Notes: a model not told the origin generated them from the sequence alone. Shown: positions 45,227 to 58,963, numbered from the stretch's first letter. The stretch: DNA of 64,000 nucleotides from Octopus vulgaris (GCA_951406725.2 OX597820.1:86676001-86740000); one strand, 5' to 3'. Made by a program: numbers and translations.

Positions 45227-45443
45227 AGAAACGTTAGCACGCCGGGCGAAATACTTAGCAGTATTTCGTCTGCCGTTACATTCTGAGTTCAAATTCCGCC
45301 GAGGTCGACTTTGCCTTTCATCCTTTCGGGGTCGATTAAATAAGTACCAGTTGAGTACTGGGGTCGATGTATTCGACTTAATCTCTTTGTCTGTCCTTGT
45401 TTGTCCCCTCTATGATTAGCCCCCTGTGGGCAGTAAAGAAATA
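45227..45443 (+). mobile_element. SINE family A with 14-bp TSD
   Basis: agatttgtgtatgc at 45213-45226 and 45444-45457. Confidence 0.85.
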
Positions 45444-46049
45444 AGATTTGTGTATGCTTGTGTTTGGGCCTGTTATAATCGTTGCATTGAACAAAATTAA
45501 TTCGTATTATTTGTCTATGTTTCGGCGGTTACATTCATGTCCACCAAGGTCGACTTTGCAATTGTTTCTCGATGTTAAAATACCTGACAATGAACGATGG
45601 TAATATAAGCGAATAAAATCGTGACTGAAACCTGCAGATGAATAAAGGTATAAAATAACATATAGTCGGACATTCCAGTGTTAGCCATTAATTCCTTGTC
45701 ACAAATGACTATGTTCTAGAGTAATTACCTCCAACTATATGCTCTCGACCGTTAACGTCAAATATGATGTATTATAAACATAATCCTTGTCACTACACCA
45801 GAAAGTCACTTTTAACGGATTATCTTAGATTTATCAATTATCAATAGATAAGATTCTAACAAGCCCTTATAAATAGCTGAACCTGCTCTCTAGCAAATTA
45901 TTTCATAATCCCACCTTTAGTAACACTACTGATATAACTTGATTTTGGTCAATCGATCGAATTCCTCTCATATATCTATATCTTTGATATACATTTCACT
46001 TGCATTATATTTCGATATTATTATCTTTTATAGCAAACATAATACGCAC

Positions 46050-46465
46050 AAGTATGGCTGTGTGGTAATAAGTTTACATCCGAATCGCACGGTTCTGAGT
46101 TCAGTCTCACTGCTTGACACCTTGGGCTTGTATCTTTTGCTATAGCCCCACCCAAAAAAATATATATATACACACATTTTTTTTTTTTTGCTATTTTTTG
46201 CTAAAACCCAAAAGTTTTGTTAGTGGATGTGGTAAACGGAAAGTAAGCCCATCGTGTGTGTGGGGGGGGTGCACTGCTTGGCAACTGGTGTTAATTTGTT
46301 TATGTCCCAGTAACTTGGCAACTCAGCAAAAAAAAAAATTTATAAGTTCCAGGCTTTAAAAAAATAAGAACTGGATTCGATTCTTTCGACTAAAATTATT
46401 CAATGTGGTACCCCAGCATGACCACAGTCGAATGATTTAAAAAAGTAAAAGATAAAAGATAAAAT
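46050..46465 (+). mobile_element. SINE family C copy
   Basis: tggctgtgtggtaa..ggttctgagttcagtctc..cagcatgaccacagtc..aagtaaaagataaaaga. Confidence 0.7.
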
Positions 46466-47043
46466 AACGATCAGTTTCATTCTATTGTTTTGACAATCTT
46501 CTCGTTTCTTGCATCATAAGATCTATCCTGAAATGTTGAAACTGTGACATATGTCATAGTTTCCATATTTCGTTTTATTACGAGTATATTTTCTTAAATT
46601 GTAAAAATGTAAAAAAATATATTGTCAACTTTGTACATATTCAACTCTATAGACAGTTACGATAGCTTTTTCTATCCTGTATCACTGGAATTGAAAAACT
46701 TGTAAAAGGTGAACATTTTTTTTTTTTACATTGGCAGACATAAAATAAGCAGACCTAAGATAAACATATAAACTATGTATTACCCTTGAGAAAACTCAAG
46801 ACGATTCGAGTATTCGACGAGTTAACAAGACTGCTCTCTAACCAATAAAGCTATATAGTCAACCGATTAATTTTGTACTGTATTGATACCTGATTAATCT
46901 GAAATTATCAGTTAATGGTTTAATGGTTTAATATCATGCTTACAACAGATATCTCACTTCACACAATATTAACACCGCGCAAGAGGTTGTGATTTTCTGA
47001 TATATGCTTATGTGTGTGTGTAATGTCACAGCAATGTGTGTGT

Positions 47044-47126
<83 letters not shown>

Positions 47127-47154
47127 GTCATAGTAATGTTATCATAACACGATT

Positions 47155-47978
47155 ATATATGTAATGTTGTTACCTGTTCAAATATGCGTGTGGCACGTTT
47201 GAACTCGTAGATAAGCCATTCACTGTGTTTTGTCATGGAGAAAATTTCTCGCAGTAGACAAATGGTGCTAATACACCAATATCAGTTCGCAGCACCACCT
47301 ATCTAGACTGTGAGATGCAAGCATTTCACAGTAGTTGTCTTGTCTTCGGTCACGGAGCGGAGCGCTAAGCATTGAAGTGTATAAATGTAATGTTTTTACC
47401 AGTTCAAATATGCATGTAGCACGTTTGGACTTGTAAATAAGACAGTGTCTCGTCATGGAGAGCGGTAATCAGTCACCGTAAAGTGACTGAAATATTATAA
47501 GAGAAACAATCGCTTTTATCAGTTCGCAGCGTCTCCTTTCCTTGTGTCTGTGACCGAAAAGGAGATAACTACTCCAAAATGTTTGCATCACACAGTCTAG
47601 ATAGGGGGTGCTGCTAACTGATATACAGTTGCGGCCAAAATGTTCAGAACGGCATTGTTTTCGTCAGAAAAGTAGATATAATTTTTTATCAAAGTTGTTT
47701 TATATTCTATAATTTTCACAGACAATAAATACGATATGATTTGTTATTGTCTGAGATTTTGGTGTAATTTGAGAGGATAATACAAAAGTTATGGATGATT
47801 TAGTGATTTACTGCAAAACCCATGGTTTGATAAAAAACTTATACCTACTTTTCTGACGAAAACAATGCCGTTCTGAACATTTTGGCCGCAACTGTAGATC
47901 AAACATCATTTGTCTACAATTTACGAGTCCAAACATGTCTCACGCATATTTGAACTGGTAATAACATTACATTATACA
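47155..47978. repeat. Fold-back element with tandem and inverted segments, hosting a Tc1 MITE
   Basis: tgtaatgtt.ttacc.gttcaaatatgc at ~47160 and ~47387, inverted at ~47945-47972; atcagttcgcagcacc..tatctagactgtg inverted at ~47590-47622. Confidence 0.6.
47626..47894. mobile_element. Tc1/mariner MITE, ~70-bp TIRs, TA TSD
   Basis: TA|cagttgcggccaaaatgttcagaacggcattgttttcgtcagaaaagtag ... ctacttttctgacgaaaacaatgccgttctgaacattttggccgcaactg|TA. Confidence 0.9.
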
Positions 47979-49237
47979 CCTCACATCTTAGCACCCCCAC
48001 CCGCTCCGTATTTCGATTATTTTTGTCTCTTCCAATCAAGGTCACAGCAGCCTATCGCAAAATTTTTGAACTGTGGAACAGGAGAAGAATGAAATTTATT
48101 TCCCACAGCAACCCATGAAAGTTCTGTGCAATACTGAACATAACTTTATTATAATTTAATAAAAATACAGAGCATTCGTAGTTAAGAAAAAGATTTTAAA
48201 TAGATATTGCCAGAACGATCATAATCGTTATGTATTATAAACATTTGACTTACTTGCAAGACTGTTGTGTCTATAACTGAATTAGTTAAGCACCAACAAA
48301 CACCAGAGAAAAACACGTGGTTTGTCTCTGGTGGCGAATTTGCCATTAAAGGGGAGAGAAGCCCTTCTCAGTGAGATAAAGTTGAAGAACTTGCATGTCT
48401 ACTTCTTAATTCAAAAATGTTTAATTCTTTTTTTTTTTTTCTTACATAAAACAAAGTTCTTCATGTCTTTTTCTGTTGGTAGCTGCGTATAGTACTGCTT
48501 CGTACGTCTTTGAAAGCGTGGGTGTGGCATAATTTGAAATACAAATTAAACTAAATTCAATATTATGCGAAATTTCATAAGAAAAAAAAAACATAGAAGA
48601 TAGTTCATAGTTTAAAGGACATATTTCATTTTCTTTTTCATCCTAAATCGTTAACTATTTAGCAGTAGAGAAAAGAGAAAGATGAATATTTTCACTAGAC
48701 AAAATGTTAATAACAAATTTAAGTACAATTATTGTGGCTGAGACACGGGTTCTAAACTAATTACCTTTCCTACATTATATCATCGTCGCATAACTCTTGC
48801 AGTTTGTGTCTTGCCAATTATAATTACTTTGTAAAAGTACAGTTGCAATACTACTTGACAACATGTACCATACTTCTGATATTAGTTGTAGGTGATTATA
48901 CAGTCGTGAGCAGAGACAGACAGCCTTGATCCAACTAAACAGTGAAGATATGGCAGGTGAAGAGAAGAGAAAGAGCTCAGCCAGCACAAGACTAGTAGAG
49001 TAGTCTAGAGCAACGTAAAATTCAACACCCTGTTCTGGAGCACAATGCACTACTACGTACGTCAAGTGAACCCATGACCTTATGATGATGAGCAACATGC
49101 TAACCATTAGATTGTGTTCCTTCCTGTATAGTAACAACACAACTGTATAACTACTACCTATCGGTGAGTATATGTGTCTGCGATCCACCTATATATATAT
49201 ATATACATATTGCTTATATATACATATAACAACAACA

Positions 49238-49297
<60 letters not shown>

Positions 49298-49300
<3 letters not shown>

Positions 49301-50054
49301 AAAATAGTAAAGAGTGAAAAAACGACAAAAGGCTTAAATGTTAAAAAATATATATATTTGTATCAAAATGTCTGGAGAATATTGGAAAAATTTTTTTCCT
49401 TTCCTTAAAATGACATAATTTTATAATTTTTAAAGAAATACCGGTTTCGCGTGTAGCTTTTCAAATTTCTTGTGACGTTATGTTTATATTGCATGGAGTT
49501 ATCGTTGTGTTTATTTTCAGGAGATTTCTAAATAAGGGGAGGTAGTGAGTGATTTCTTCCGGTGTAAGGGAGATAATCGCTTAAAAATTTTTTTCCTTTC
49601 CCTTGTTAATTTCTCTGTGTTAGTATGTTCGGATGGTTGAGTCTGGGTTTGTACTTTTCAATGAAGAATGTTTCCTTGTTCAGTCTCATTTGTGTTGATG
49701 ATCCGAAAGCACATTGGTAAAATGGGAAGATTAAAAATTGTGGCAGTAGTTGCTTTGCGCATTTCTCAATGTGCTCACTAAAAGGTATCATTCTATATTC
49801 TGGGAATGCAATCTGTTGTCGATGCAGTGTGCATCTACGCCTGAGTGATAGTCCCGTGGATGCAATATAAACATAACGTCACAAGAAATTTGAAAAGCTA
49901 CACGCGAAACCGGTACTTCTTTAAAAATTATAAAATTATGTCATTTTAAGGAAAGGAAAAAATTTTCCAATATTCTCCAGACATTTTGACACAAATATAT
50001 ATTTTTTTTAACATTTAAGCCTTCTGTTGTTTTTTCACTCTTTACTATTTTCTT
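49298..50054 (-). mobile_element. 5'-truncated Penelope-like element with ~197-bp inverted pLTR arms (49298-49494 / 49860-50054) around a GIY-YIG C-terminal fragment
   Basis: Minus frame (YIA)STGLSLRRRCTLHRQQI..SEHIEKC..FPFYQ..RLNKETFFIEKYKPRLN; HHR-like UUGAAAA-GC-UACAC-GC-GAAACCGGUA in both arms (49433-49471 minus, 49883-49921 plus); (TA)n flanks. Confidence 0.85.
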
Positions 50055-50095
50055 ATATATTCACCCACGTGCTTTACCAAACAAACTTTCTTATC

Positions 50096-50171
<76 letters not shown>

Positions 50172-50204
50172 TGTATGTATGTATGTATGTATGTACGTAT
50201 AGCC

Positions 50205-50620
50205 GCAGACGTGGCTGTTTGGTAAGAAGCTTGCTTCCCAACCACATGGTTACTGGTGCAGTCCCACTGCGTGGCACCTTGGACAAATGTCTTCTACTAT
50301 AGCTTCATGCAGACCAAAGCCTTGTGAGGAGATTTGGTAGACGGAAACTGAAAGTAGCCCGTCGTGCGTGTATGTGTGTATGTGTGTGCGTGTTTGTGCG
50401 TGTGTTTGTCTTTGCGTCAGTATTTTCCCCCATCACCCCTTGACAACTGATGCTGATGTGTTTACATCCCTGTACTTTATTTGTTCAGCAAAAGAGATCG
50501 ATTAAATAAATACCAGGTTCTAAAAAACAGTACAATGGTTGATTCCTTCAACTAAAAATTCTTCAAGACGGTGCCTCAGCATGGCAACAGTCTAATGAAT
50601 GAAACAAGTAAAAGAAAAAA
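50205..50620 (+). mobile_element. SINE family C copy
   Basis: gtggctgtttggtaagaagcttgcttcccaaccacatgg..cagtcccactgcgtggcaccttgg..gaaacaagtaaaaga. Confidence 0.8.
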
Positions 50621-50889
50621 ATGTCTTTCCTAGTTATTAAGGCCTTCCCCAGACATTTACAATGAAGGATATGTAAAATAGAATAAACCAACTATTGAAA
50701 CTGAGTAATGATATCGACATTTGCATAATTTGTTTAACTAGACACAAATCCGTTTATTTCAGAATACGTGACTTGTAGGATATGGAAGCATTCATCCCTT
50801 CTGCTTAGTCAATGTAAACGAACTGAAATTATCTCGTGTAAAAAAATGACACTGTGTGGCTGTCTTAGTATTCAGTTAAGTTACCTGAA

Positions 50890-52140
50890 ATGCACAGTAC
50901 TGACCACAATGTGGGGGAATGAATGATTATAAGGATAATCCTAGATGAGATGTCCATAGGAAGTCATAATGGACTATTTGAGGTTTAATCAGAACCAGTG
51001 TTGGTTTGGGAGGGGTATCACCGCTAGTATATGTAGCCACATGGGTAGTATTGTGGGGAGAAGCATTAAAGTTAGTATTATTGAGTCGGGTGGAGTTACT
51101 AAGGGTTGTATTATTGCATTTAGGTGGGTTGGGATGGGATTCAATGGGATAGATTATTGGTTCTAAGGAGAGGCGTTGAAGTCAGCGTTTGTTAGAGGAG
51201 GCAATTATGGATCCTAAATTAGGCGTGCAGGTTGAAGGAAGAACGGTGGTGCGAACCATAGGATCTCGCACTTCCTGCCCATAGAGGGCTTAGAGTTCGT
51301 TGGTATAATGGGTGGGTCCAGATAGGGAATGGGTATAATGATAGGGAATAGGTATAATGGGTGGGTCCAGATGTAGTCATTATAACTTCGATGTAACTGT
51401 TGGGGATGTCGAGAGGGAGGCGTAGGTGTTTTTTGAGGATTGTTGGATTGTTGATAAGTGGAAGAAGGTCTGGTGAGTTTGGAATTAGTACTAGGAAAGA
51501 TATGCTTAATTTTAATTTTAAGTTTAGTGTTGGAGATGTAAGAGATCCTTTCAGGGAAACCACTGATCTGGAGAGCTTGATTATAATACGGAACGTGATT
51601 GTTAAAAATGTAGAAGATTCAGATAGAGATGCCGGTGACTATGCTATTGAGGGTAAGTGTAGGATGATTAGATGGGACATTGATATATTTTAATGATTGA
51701 TTGGTATCAGAGAAAAGGTGATATGGGTTAATATTTAAACCAGGAGTAAATCTAAGAAATTGGCCACTTGGGTGTTATTTTCGAAAGAGATAATTAGGTT
51801 GTAATTTTTTTAAAGTTCATGGAGGGCTTTTTTGGTGCGTTCAGCAGATCGAGATAGACGAGTTGCTGTAAGAAGTGCATCATCCGGAGAGGTTGGTGAA
51901 GTATTGTTTAATTTGGGAAAGAAGAAACAGGTCAACTAGGTCAATAACAAGGGCTGAGTCAGAAGCGCCCAGGGTTATATCAAAGAAATCCGTAGATGAG
52001 TTGCGAGTCCAGTAATTATCCTTAAAGTAAGTTAGTGTTTTCCTAGCAGTCAGGATGATGTCAATGCCAGATCGAGAGATAAGTGCATACTACCTAGCAA
52101 AGATTAGGGTTTTATTTAAGAGAATAGGTGATGCTGAAGA
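50890..52140 (-). mobile_element. Degenerate Penelope-like reverse transcriptase remnant
   Basis: Minus frames DFFDITLG/ASDSALVIDLV, PDDALL..RSAERTKKALHEL, NLIISFENNTQVANFLDLLL resemble Penelope RT motifs (FDVTMGSYDGAEV, YRDD, VNFLDV). Confidence 0.7.
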
Positions 52141-53644
52141 GATGTCAAACTGGGCTATTAACCAACTAAACACTTTTTTTCTCTGTTGCTACACATTTCT
52201 CAAATAAAACTGATCTGAAAACTCTCCCCAGACTGCAAAATCTTGTTTTACAGTATCATCAGACGCTGAAAATAAATGGAAATTACTGATGTCATAAGTA
52301 CAACGAAAACAGTTTAACATAATTTATTCAATTTATTTGAAGCACGAGACAACTAGAAATTGTGACATAATACTATTTTTCAAGTTATTAAATAACAGCA
52401 TCATCATCTTAATTCTCATAGTCATTCAAAACAGTTTTCTTTCTAACATGGGAATTTAACCAACCACACATCTGAACCATTCATACGAAATGCTCTTAAT
52501 GATAATAAATTTCCTTACCAACGTTATCATCTACGTTTCTAGAAGAAATGCTAAATGTATGTATGTATGCATGTATGTATGTATACATATTAAATGTAAA
52601 TATAAAGATTACTAATTCGTATGTTGCCATGATATTCAACTTGGAAAATGTAGCAAAGAAATAATACGGCAGATGATAAATACCTAATTTTATCTTGAGC
52701 TAATGCTGTGATATTAAAATCCGAATATAATCTCATTTGTGCAAGACAATGACATCAAACTATCTACACATGATATCTAATTACAGTTATTCCGTCACCA
52801 CTACTACTATCACTGCCGTCATCCATATCTTCATAAATTCCAGGAAGTATCTGAGATACGATTTCTGTACTTTATAAAATTAAATTAATCTCGCCAAATT
52901 GATATTGTTGAAGTTCATAAGAGATGTATTTTCAATAACAAAGCAGACATATATCAGTGATCATAACGCGCGCTCGTGTATGTGTGTGTGTGTGGCCGCG
53001 TGCGTGTCTAGGATGGATGGTAGCAAACAGACGTATCCAAACGATAACTAGCGACCGACTTAACAAAATTAAATGGCAATTCATTGATATAAATTAAGAG
53101 GTCTCTTACAGTTGACCTTGTGGACATAGTATTAGTTCCCCTATAAAGAAGCATTAAAATTAGGGAAATTACAGCGAAATCACCGTACAGACTCTAACTC
53201 TTGATCTCCAATTTACAAAACTGGCGGACTAGCTAGTGACATATCTCCTTCACTTATTCATTTAGACATTTTCTGTTTTGTTTCAGTTTTATAAAGCCGG
53301 ATATATTTGTTTCTTATTTTCATCAATCAAAAATAATCAACAGCTTTTGATGTTTAGAGTAGTGACAAACAGATTTATTCTCATCGGGAATCCAATTATG
53401 TAGTCATTTTTCAAATAAATACATCCCATTTTTAGAATATATTGCTTCTAAGAATCCGGGTTCCAAATCCCCTTCAATTATTCTTTCTTTACTCTATGTT
53501 ATGCATTACCTTTCACTATACAGTATTGACCACTCTGTGATAATGATTTATTATATAAATAATCTTGTTGTCCAATAATGATGTCTCTTTCAAAGGATTA
53601 TGGTGCACTTATTTTTGTCTGTCTATATATATATATATATATAT

Positions 53645-53875
53645 CTTTTACTTATCTCAGTCATTTGACAGCAGCTAAGCTGCGGCACCGCCTTGAAGAG
53701 TTTTAATCGAATAAATTATTTGTTTTAATCGAATAAAATATTTGTTTTTAAGCCTAGTACTTATTCTATCAATCTCTTTTGCCGAACCGCAAAGTTACTC
53801 GAACGTAAGCACACCTACACCGGTTGTCAAGTGGGGATGGGGGACGAACACAGGAACAAAATCACACACACACAC
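53645..53875 (-). mobile_element. SINE family C 3' fragment
   Basis: tcttttactt..cagtcatttgac..aagcctagtacttattctatc..ttttgccgaaccgc..caccggttgtcaag. Confidence 0.65.
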
Positions 53876-53880
53876 TACAT

Positions 53881-54270
53881 ACTAGCTACATACTAGCTTA
53901 AAAGCTGCTCTATCAGGCTAGTATGTAGCTTTTAAACAACTATCACCGAATGGGAAGGTCTGCAAATAGATCTCTGACTTATTTTGGAGAATTTGTTGCA
54001 GTTGCTTCCTCCAGAGTCATATCCCACTGATGATCATATTCGTCGCTAAAAATCCTGTAAAGACAATCGCCGAAAACAGTTGGAGTAATGAAAACAGGAA
54101 TCCAAAATTTCAGGATTGCAGGACAGGATTCGGCCTGGAATTTATTTAATTTACTCACGGAGTCAGCCTGATTCCAAAATGGTGTGATATGTTGGGCTAC
54201 GGCCTTCAGGAGTAAAGTTGAAAAGGTGTGACACACTGATACACTGACATTCACTGTTATTATATTAGGT
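53881..54270 (-). mobile_element. Small Helitron-like element with a RepHel-like remnant
   Basis: 5' ctaatataataacagtgaatgtcagtgtatcagtgtgtc; 3' CTAG; peptide DHQWDMTLEEATATNSPK*VRDLFA resembles the Helitron Rep-helicase linker. Confidence 0.45.
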
Positions 54271-54498
54271 ATGCTTAATTTGGGGAAAACTGTATTTAAA
54301 TTACAGCGTATTTTATATGTGCGTGTGTTTGTGTGTGTATGTATACGTATGTGTGTGTGTGTGTGTGTGTATTAAAGAAAGCAAAAAATAAAACAAAAAT
54401 AAGTGTTCAGTAATTGGTTGAGTATACTGGCCACAGGAATTTCTGTCCAGGAAAGTTGTACATCAACTCCCTCTTTCTATCTCATACCCACACATACA

Positions 54499-54529
<31 letters not shown>

Positions 54530-54567
54530 GATTCTCTCTCTCTCTCGCTTCCCCTCTATCTCTCTGT

Positions 54568-54582
54568 CTATTATTATTATTA

Positions 54583-54658
<76 letters not shown>

Positions 54659-54669
54659 CATTATTATTA
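54568..54669. repeat. (TTA)n microsatellite between (TC)n tracts
   Basis: Direct reading. Confidence 0.95.
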
Positions 54670-54764
54670 CTCCCATTGCCACCATCAACACTACTACTTT
54701 TAATAGAAAATCATCAACTCTCCCTAAATTTCTTTGTGTCTCTTTCTCACCCTCTCTTTTTCTT

Positions 54765-54806
<42 letters not shown>

Positions 54807-54978
54807 CCATTACTCTCACCGTCTCTATGCCTAATATTACTCTCACCCCAGCACGAAGAAGCGTCATTGAATGGTGAAAGAGGGAGTCAAAGTTAGACAC
54901 ACTGATACACAGAAATTAGTTTTCGCATTTATTGCATTAAATTTTAATTTTGGGGAAACTGTATTTCAAATAGAGTGT

Positions 54979-55066
<88 letters not shown>

Positions 55067-55094
55067 TGTATGTGTATGTATATGTATTTATATA

Positions 55095-55665
55095 CAGGGG
55101 CTGGACAAAATAATGGAAACACCTAGGACCATAGCGTTATAATTTTGAAGTATCTATAAAACCATCAAAAGCTTGTTTATATTTAGTTTTTTTATTTATT
55201 ATTAGTGTTGCTTAATATGTTTCAACGAGGTCAAATTGTTGGTGCTCGTATGGCAGGCGCTAGCGTAATGAAAACAGCCAAAATATTTGGTGTATCAAGA
55301 AGTACTGTCTCGAAAGTAATGACAGCCTTTGAGAAAGAGGGAAAACCTCCTCGTCAAAACAAAACTCTGGAAGAAAACCAAGACTTTCAGATTGGGACCA
55401 TTGGACTCTTACGCGAACTGTTAGAAAGTATCACAAAAGTACAGCTCCCAAAATTACTGCAGAGCTTAATGACAATCTTGAGAACCAAGTTTCCACAAAA
55501 ACTGTTCGCCAGGAGCTGCACAAAGCCGGATTTCACGAGAGGGCTGCAATCAGAAAACCACTACATTCAAAAACAAACGTTGCAAAGCGTTTAGAGTGGA
55601 GTAAAACCTACAGAATTGGTCCCTAAAGCAGTGGAAGAATGTTATTTTCTCGGACCAGTCATCGT
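55095..55665 (+). mobile_element. Tc1 transposon 5' fragment (TIR, paired-like HTH, start of DDE domain), frameshifted
   Basis: TA|caggggctggacaaaataatggaaacacc; FQRGQIVGARMAGASVMKTAKIFGVSRSTVSKV; SGRKPRLS..VSTKTVRQELHKAGFH..RKP..KRLEW..WKNVIFSDQS. Confidence 0.9.
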
Positions 55666-55860
55666 GGCCTAAAAATTAAAATTAGTTATGCCCAAGCACA
55701 ATTCGATTCAAGTATGTAGAACGTAAAGGTATACTTATCTAATAATTGATCCAATGGTCCAATATCTAGAAGAAAAAATTTCAGGCCCTTGTTCCAAACT
55801 TTTGGCCATAACTATGTACATGTGAGTGTGTGCGTGTGTGTGTGTGTGTGCGCGTGTGTA

Positions 55861-55936
<76 letters not shown>

Positions 55937-56201
55937 TAATGAGATATATAGAATTTGTGACTCAGTTTGGTCGAACCCCAAGCGAGTAAACAAAAAATTG
56001 ATGTTCGGCCCTCTGGAGTCTTTAGATTTTTTTTATTGCTACACAGTTGTAAACTAGAACTATTGATCTAAAATCAAACCATACACAACCAACTGACAGA
56101 TTCTGAACTCCTGGTTTTCTATTTTCATCTTCGATAATATGTGGAAATCATTGATGCCGTAGATGTTATAAAACACTCTCATTACATAATATATTAAACC
56201 T

Positions 56202-56589
56202 ATAAGGCGGTGAGATGGCGGTAATTCGTCTGTCTTTATGTTCTGAATTCAAATTCCGCCGAGGTTGACTTTACCTTTCAACCTTTCGAGGTCGATTAAA
56301 TAAGTACCAGTTACGCACTGGGGTCGATATCCGTTTGTGTGTCTTTGTTTGTCCCCTCTGTGTGTAGCCCCCTATGTGCAGTAAAGAAATAAAAAACGTT
56401 AGCACGCCGGGAGAAATGCTTAGCAGTATTTCGTCTGTCTTTACGTTCTGAGTTCAAATTCTGCTGAGGTCGACTTTGCCTTTCATCCTTTCGGAGTCGA
56501 TAAATTAAGTACCAGTTGCGTACTGGGGTCGAGCTAATCGACTGGTCCCCTCACCAAAAATTTCTGGCCTTATGACTAGAGTAGAAAAG
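56202..56589 (+). mobile_element. Tandem SINE family A dimer with 12-bp TSD
   Basis: aatatattaaac at 56188-56199 and 56590-56601. Confidence 0.8.
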
Positions 56590-58328
56590 AATATATTAAA
56601 CTTGTGTAATTGATTGTTAAATGAGATATTTTAGCGTACAAGTATTTCTCAAGACAAAACCAGTATGGATATTCTGCGTTCTGTAAATATTTCATAAACG
56701 GACCCTGGTACTGCAACACCATCAGCATCTCCCTTAAAACGCTACTAGCTGTGATTTATAATCTGTGTTGGGGATCTCAACCTAGCGAAGCTCACCTCCA
56801 GTGCTAACGATAGCTTATTTCTTCCATAGAAAGAGAGGACAAGAGGAAGTAAATAAAGGATTTACAGAAAGCGCAAATTATAACGAAATACCTAGATAAA
56901 TGGATAAACATATAAGAGTGTAAAAAAGAGAGTGACAATGGTTTTGATAAATAGTATACTGAGGTCAATGGAAACAACTTTTTAGCTGCAGCAACAACGG
57001 TTTGTTAGTTAATAACGCATTGTGACTAACGGACAGATTCATTTATTATTATAATACAGACTCCAGTGGTGTGAGATAAAATAAACTTTTATGATATTAG
57101 TTTTGTCTAGAGTTATGTCATTAGAGTTAGTGTGAAATAACCTCTTGCTGGTACATTAGAAAGATTGCGTGATATATGCATATATATATAGTTATAATAG
57201 ATTTTGTATCTTACACCACAGAAATTGAAAATAGTGGGAATGAAGTGAATTTACAGAATATACTAAAACCAACCGTGATATCAGCAATCTGTGACCTGTC
57301 ACCAATACTTTATTTAGCTCATGTTAAACGCACTTAACTATAGCTCAGCAGTCGATTTAAAGTCTGACTTCACTTAATCGTATGTAGCGATCACATGTTT
57401 CCCCCAATCCATTGATTTAAACATCGGACCATTTGATCTAAGAGATTTGTAACCCTTGCTCTCAAACACTCGTTAACCATCCGTAAACACTGGCTTTTTA
57501 GATTAATGTAAAGACGATAGCAATTTTAGCAGTAAAATGTGAAATCAATGTATTCTGTTCAAAATATGATTTCACTGCATTCTGTTCCAAATAGAATGGC
57601 TGTTTTAACAAACATTCAATATTCAATATCGTTATAAAACATAAAATGTCAATTATCGTTATTATCGTTATTAATCTATTTTAGTAAAATTGTAGGTGGC
57701 TGAGAAAGTTGTTCGAATCTAGGTATCGTCCATACATTTATAATAGGAGACGTAACTCATAAACCCCTGCACAGTCCATGTCTATCAAGGGGAAATTATC
57801 GTAAGTACAGTCACTGTAGAATTATATAACCTTTATATTTTGAATAAGTTCGAAAGCACATTATTAATAGCAACGGAAGGGAAGGCTGAAAATTGTGATG
57901 TTCATGCTTTTCCTAATCTCATTGGCTCCAAATAGGAACGGATATAGCTTCAACAAAGAGATTAACTTCCCCTTCAAAGCGAAGATACTGTTGGTTAGAA
58001 ATGTACACCACCACTGCCACTATAAAACATCGTTGCACGCATATTCCTGTAACGTGGATCCTGGATTTTGGATCCCTAAAAATGTCTGGCGATAGAGTAG
58101 GGTCTCTACGTCCAGGAAGCAGTAACAAATCTTTTATGAGTTTTAATAAGAGTCAGCTCGGTCTATTTTTCTGTCACACATAAAAGAATTTGTGGTTTAA
58201 CTATTGAGTCTATATGTTCAGAGCGAGACTCAATCGAAATTACAAGATATACACACACCCTCGTAAATTTACTTTACATTTCTCAATTATCTCAATCGTG
58301 TATATTGATTCTATCAATTAATAAGTGG

Positions 58329-58533
58329 AAGGTGTTTATAAGCCATTTTAAAACACACGAAAACCGTTAGATTCACCTCAACATTTAAATTATTTTGTCA
58401 AAATATTTTCGTCGCTTTGAAACCGCAGCCTATTCACTGACAAAATGACGAAAATATCTTAACAGATTAAGTTTAAATGTTGAAGTGAATCTAATAGATT
58501 TTGTGTGTTTTTAAATGGCTTATAAACACCTTT
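58329..58533. mobile_element. Fold-back element (~85-bp arms) with G3-variant HHR-like motif at 58393-58445 on the minus strand
   Basis: aaggtgtttataagccattttaaaacacac vs gtgtgtttttaaatggcttataaacacctt; UUUUGUCA-GUGAAUA-G-GCUGC..GCGAC-GAA-AAUAUU-U-UGACAAAA. Confidence 0.65.
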
Positions 58534-58963
58534 CACGCTGCAATTGTTTTTGTTTCAGAACACGATCTCAGATCAGGTCACTTGCTATGCGAGTACATCT
58601 CCGTAATTAATAAGTATATTTTTAAAAATATAAACAGGCTACACTGTTTCATCACCTACAAGGAATCAATACAATTTATTATTTATGTGTTATGGAAAAC
58701 AGATTATGGCTTTACAGTTAGGCTGAAGAATATGTAGTGCTACCTTTAGATTGCCATAAGACAAACGTGTAACAAGTGTTTTAAATAAAACATAAGTAAA
58801 TGCTCTGAGATATTTGAAAATGCGACCCTCAGTTTCCTACACTGACGCTCCAATAGACCTATACTACGATACAATAGCATTGAACATTCAGTAAGGAAGC
58901 AATATGTGTACAGGGTTTGAAATTCAGATTCCAAGAACCAGTGTATTCTACAAACTTTATGTA

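Noticed and set aside
48892-49169. Possible plus-strand exon (ttgtag acceptor, gtgagt donor)
   Set aside because: No open frame or recognisable protein seen; cannot be supported without transcripts
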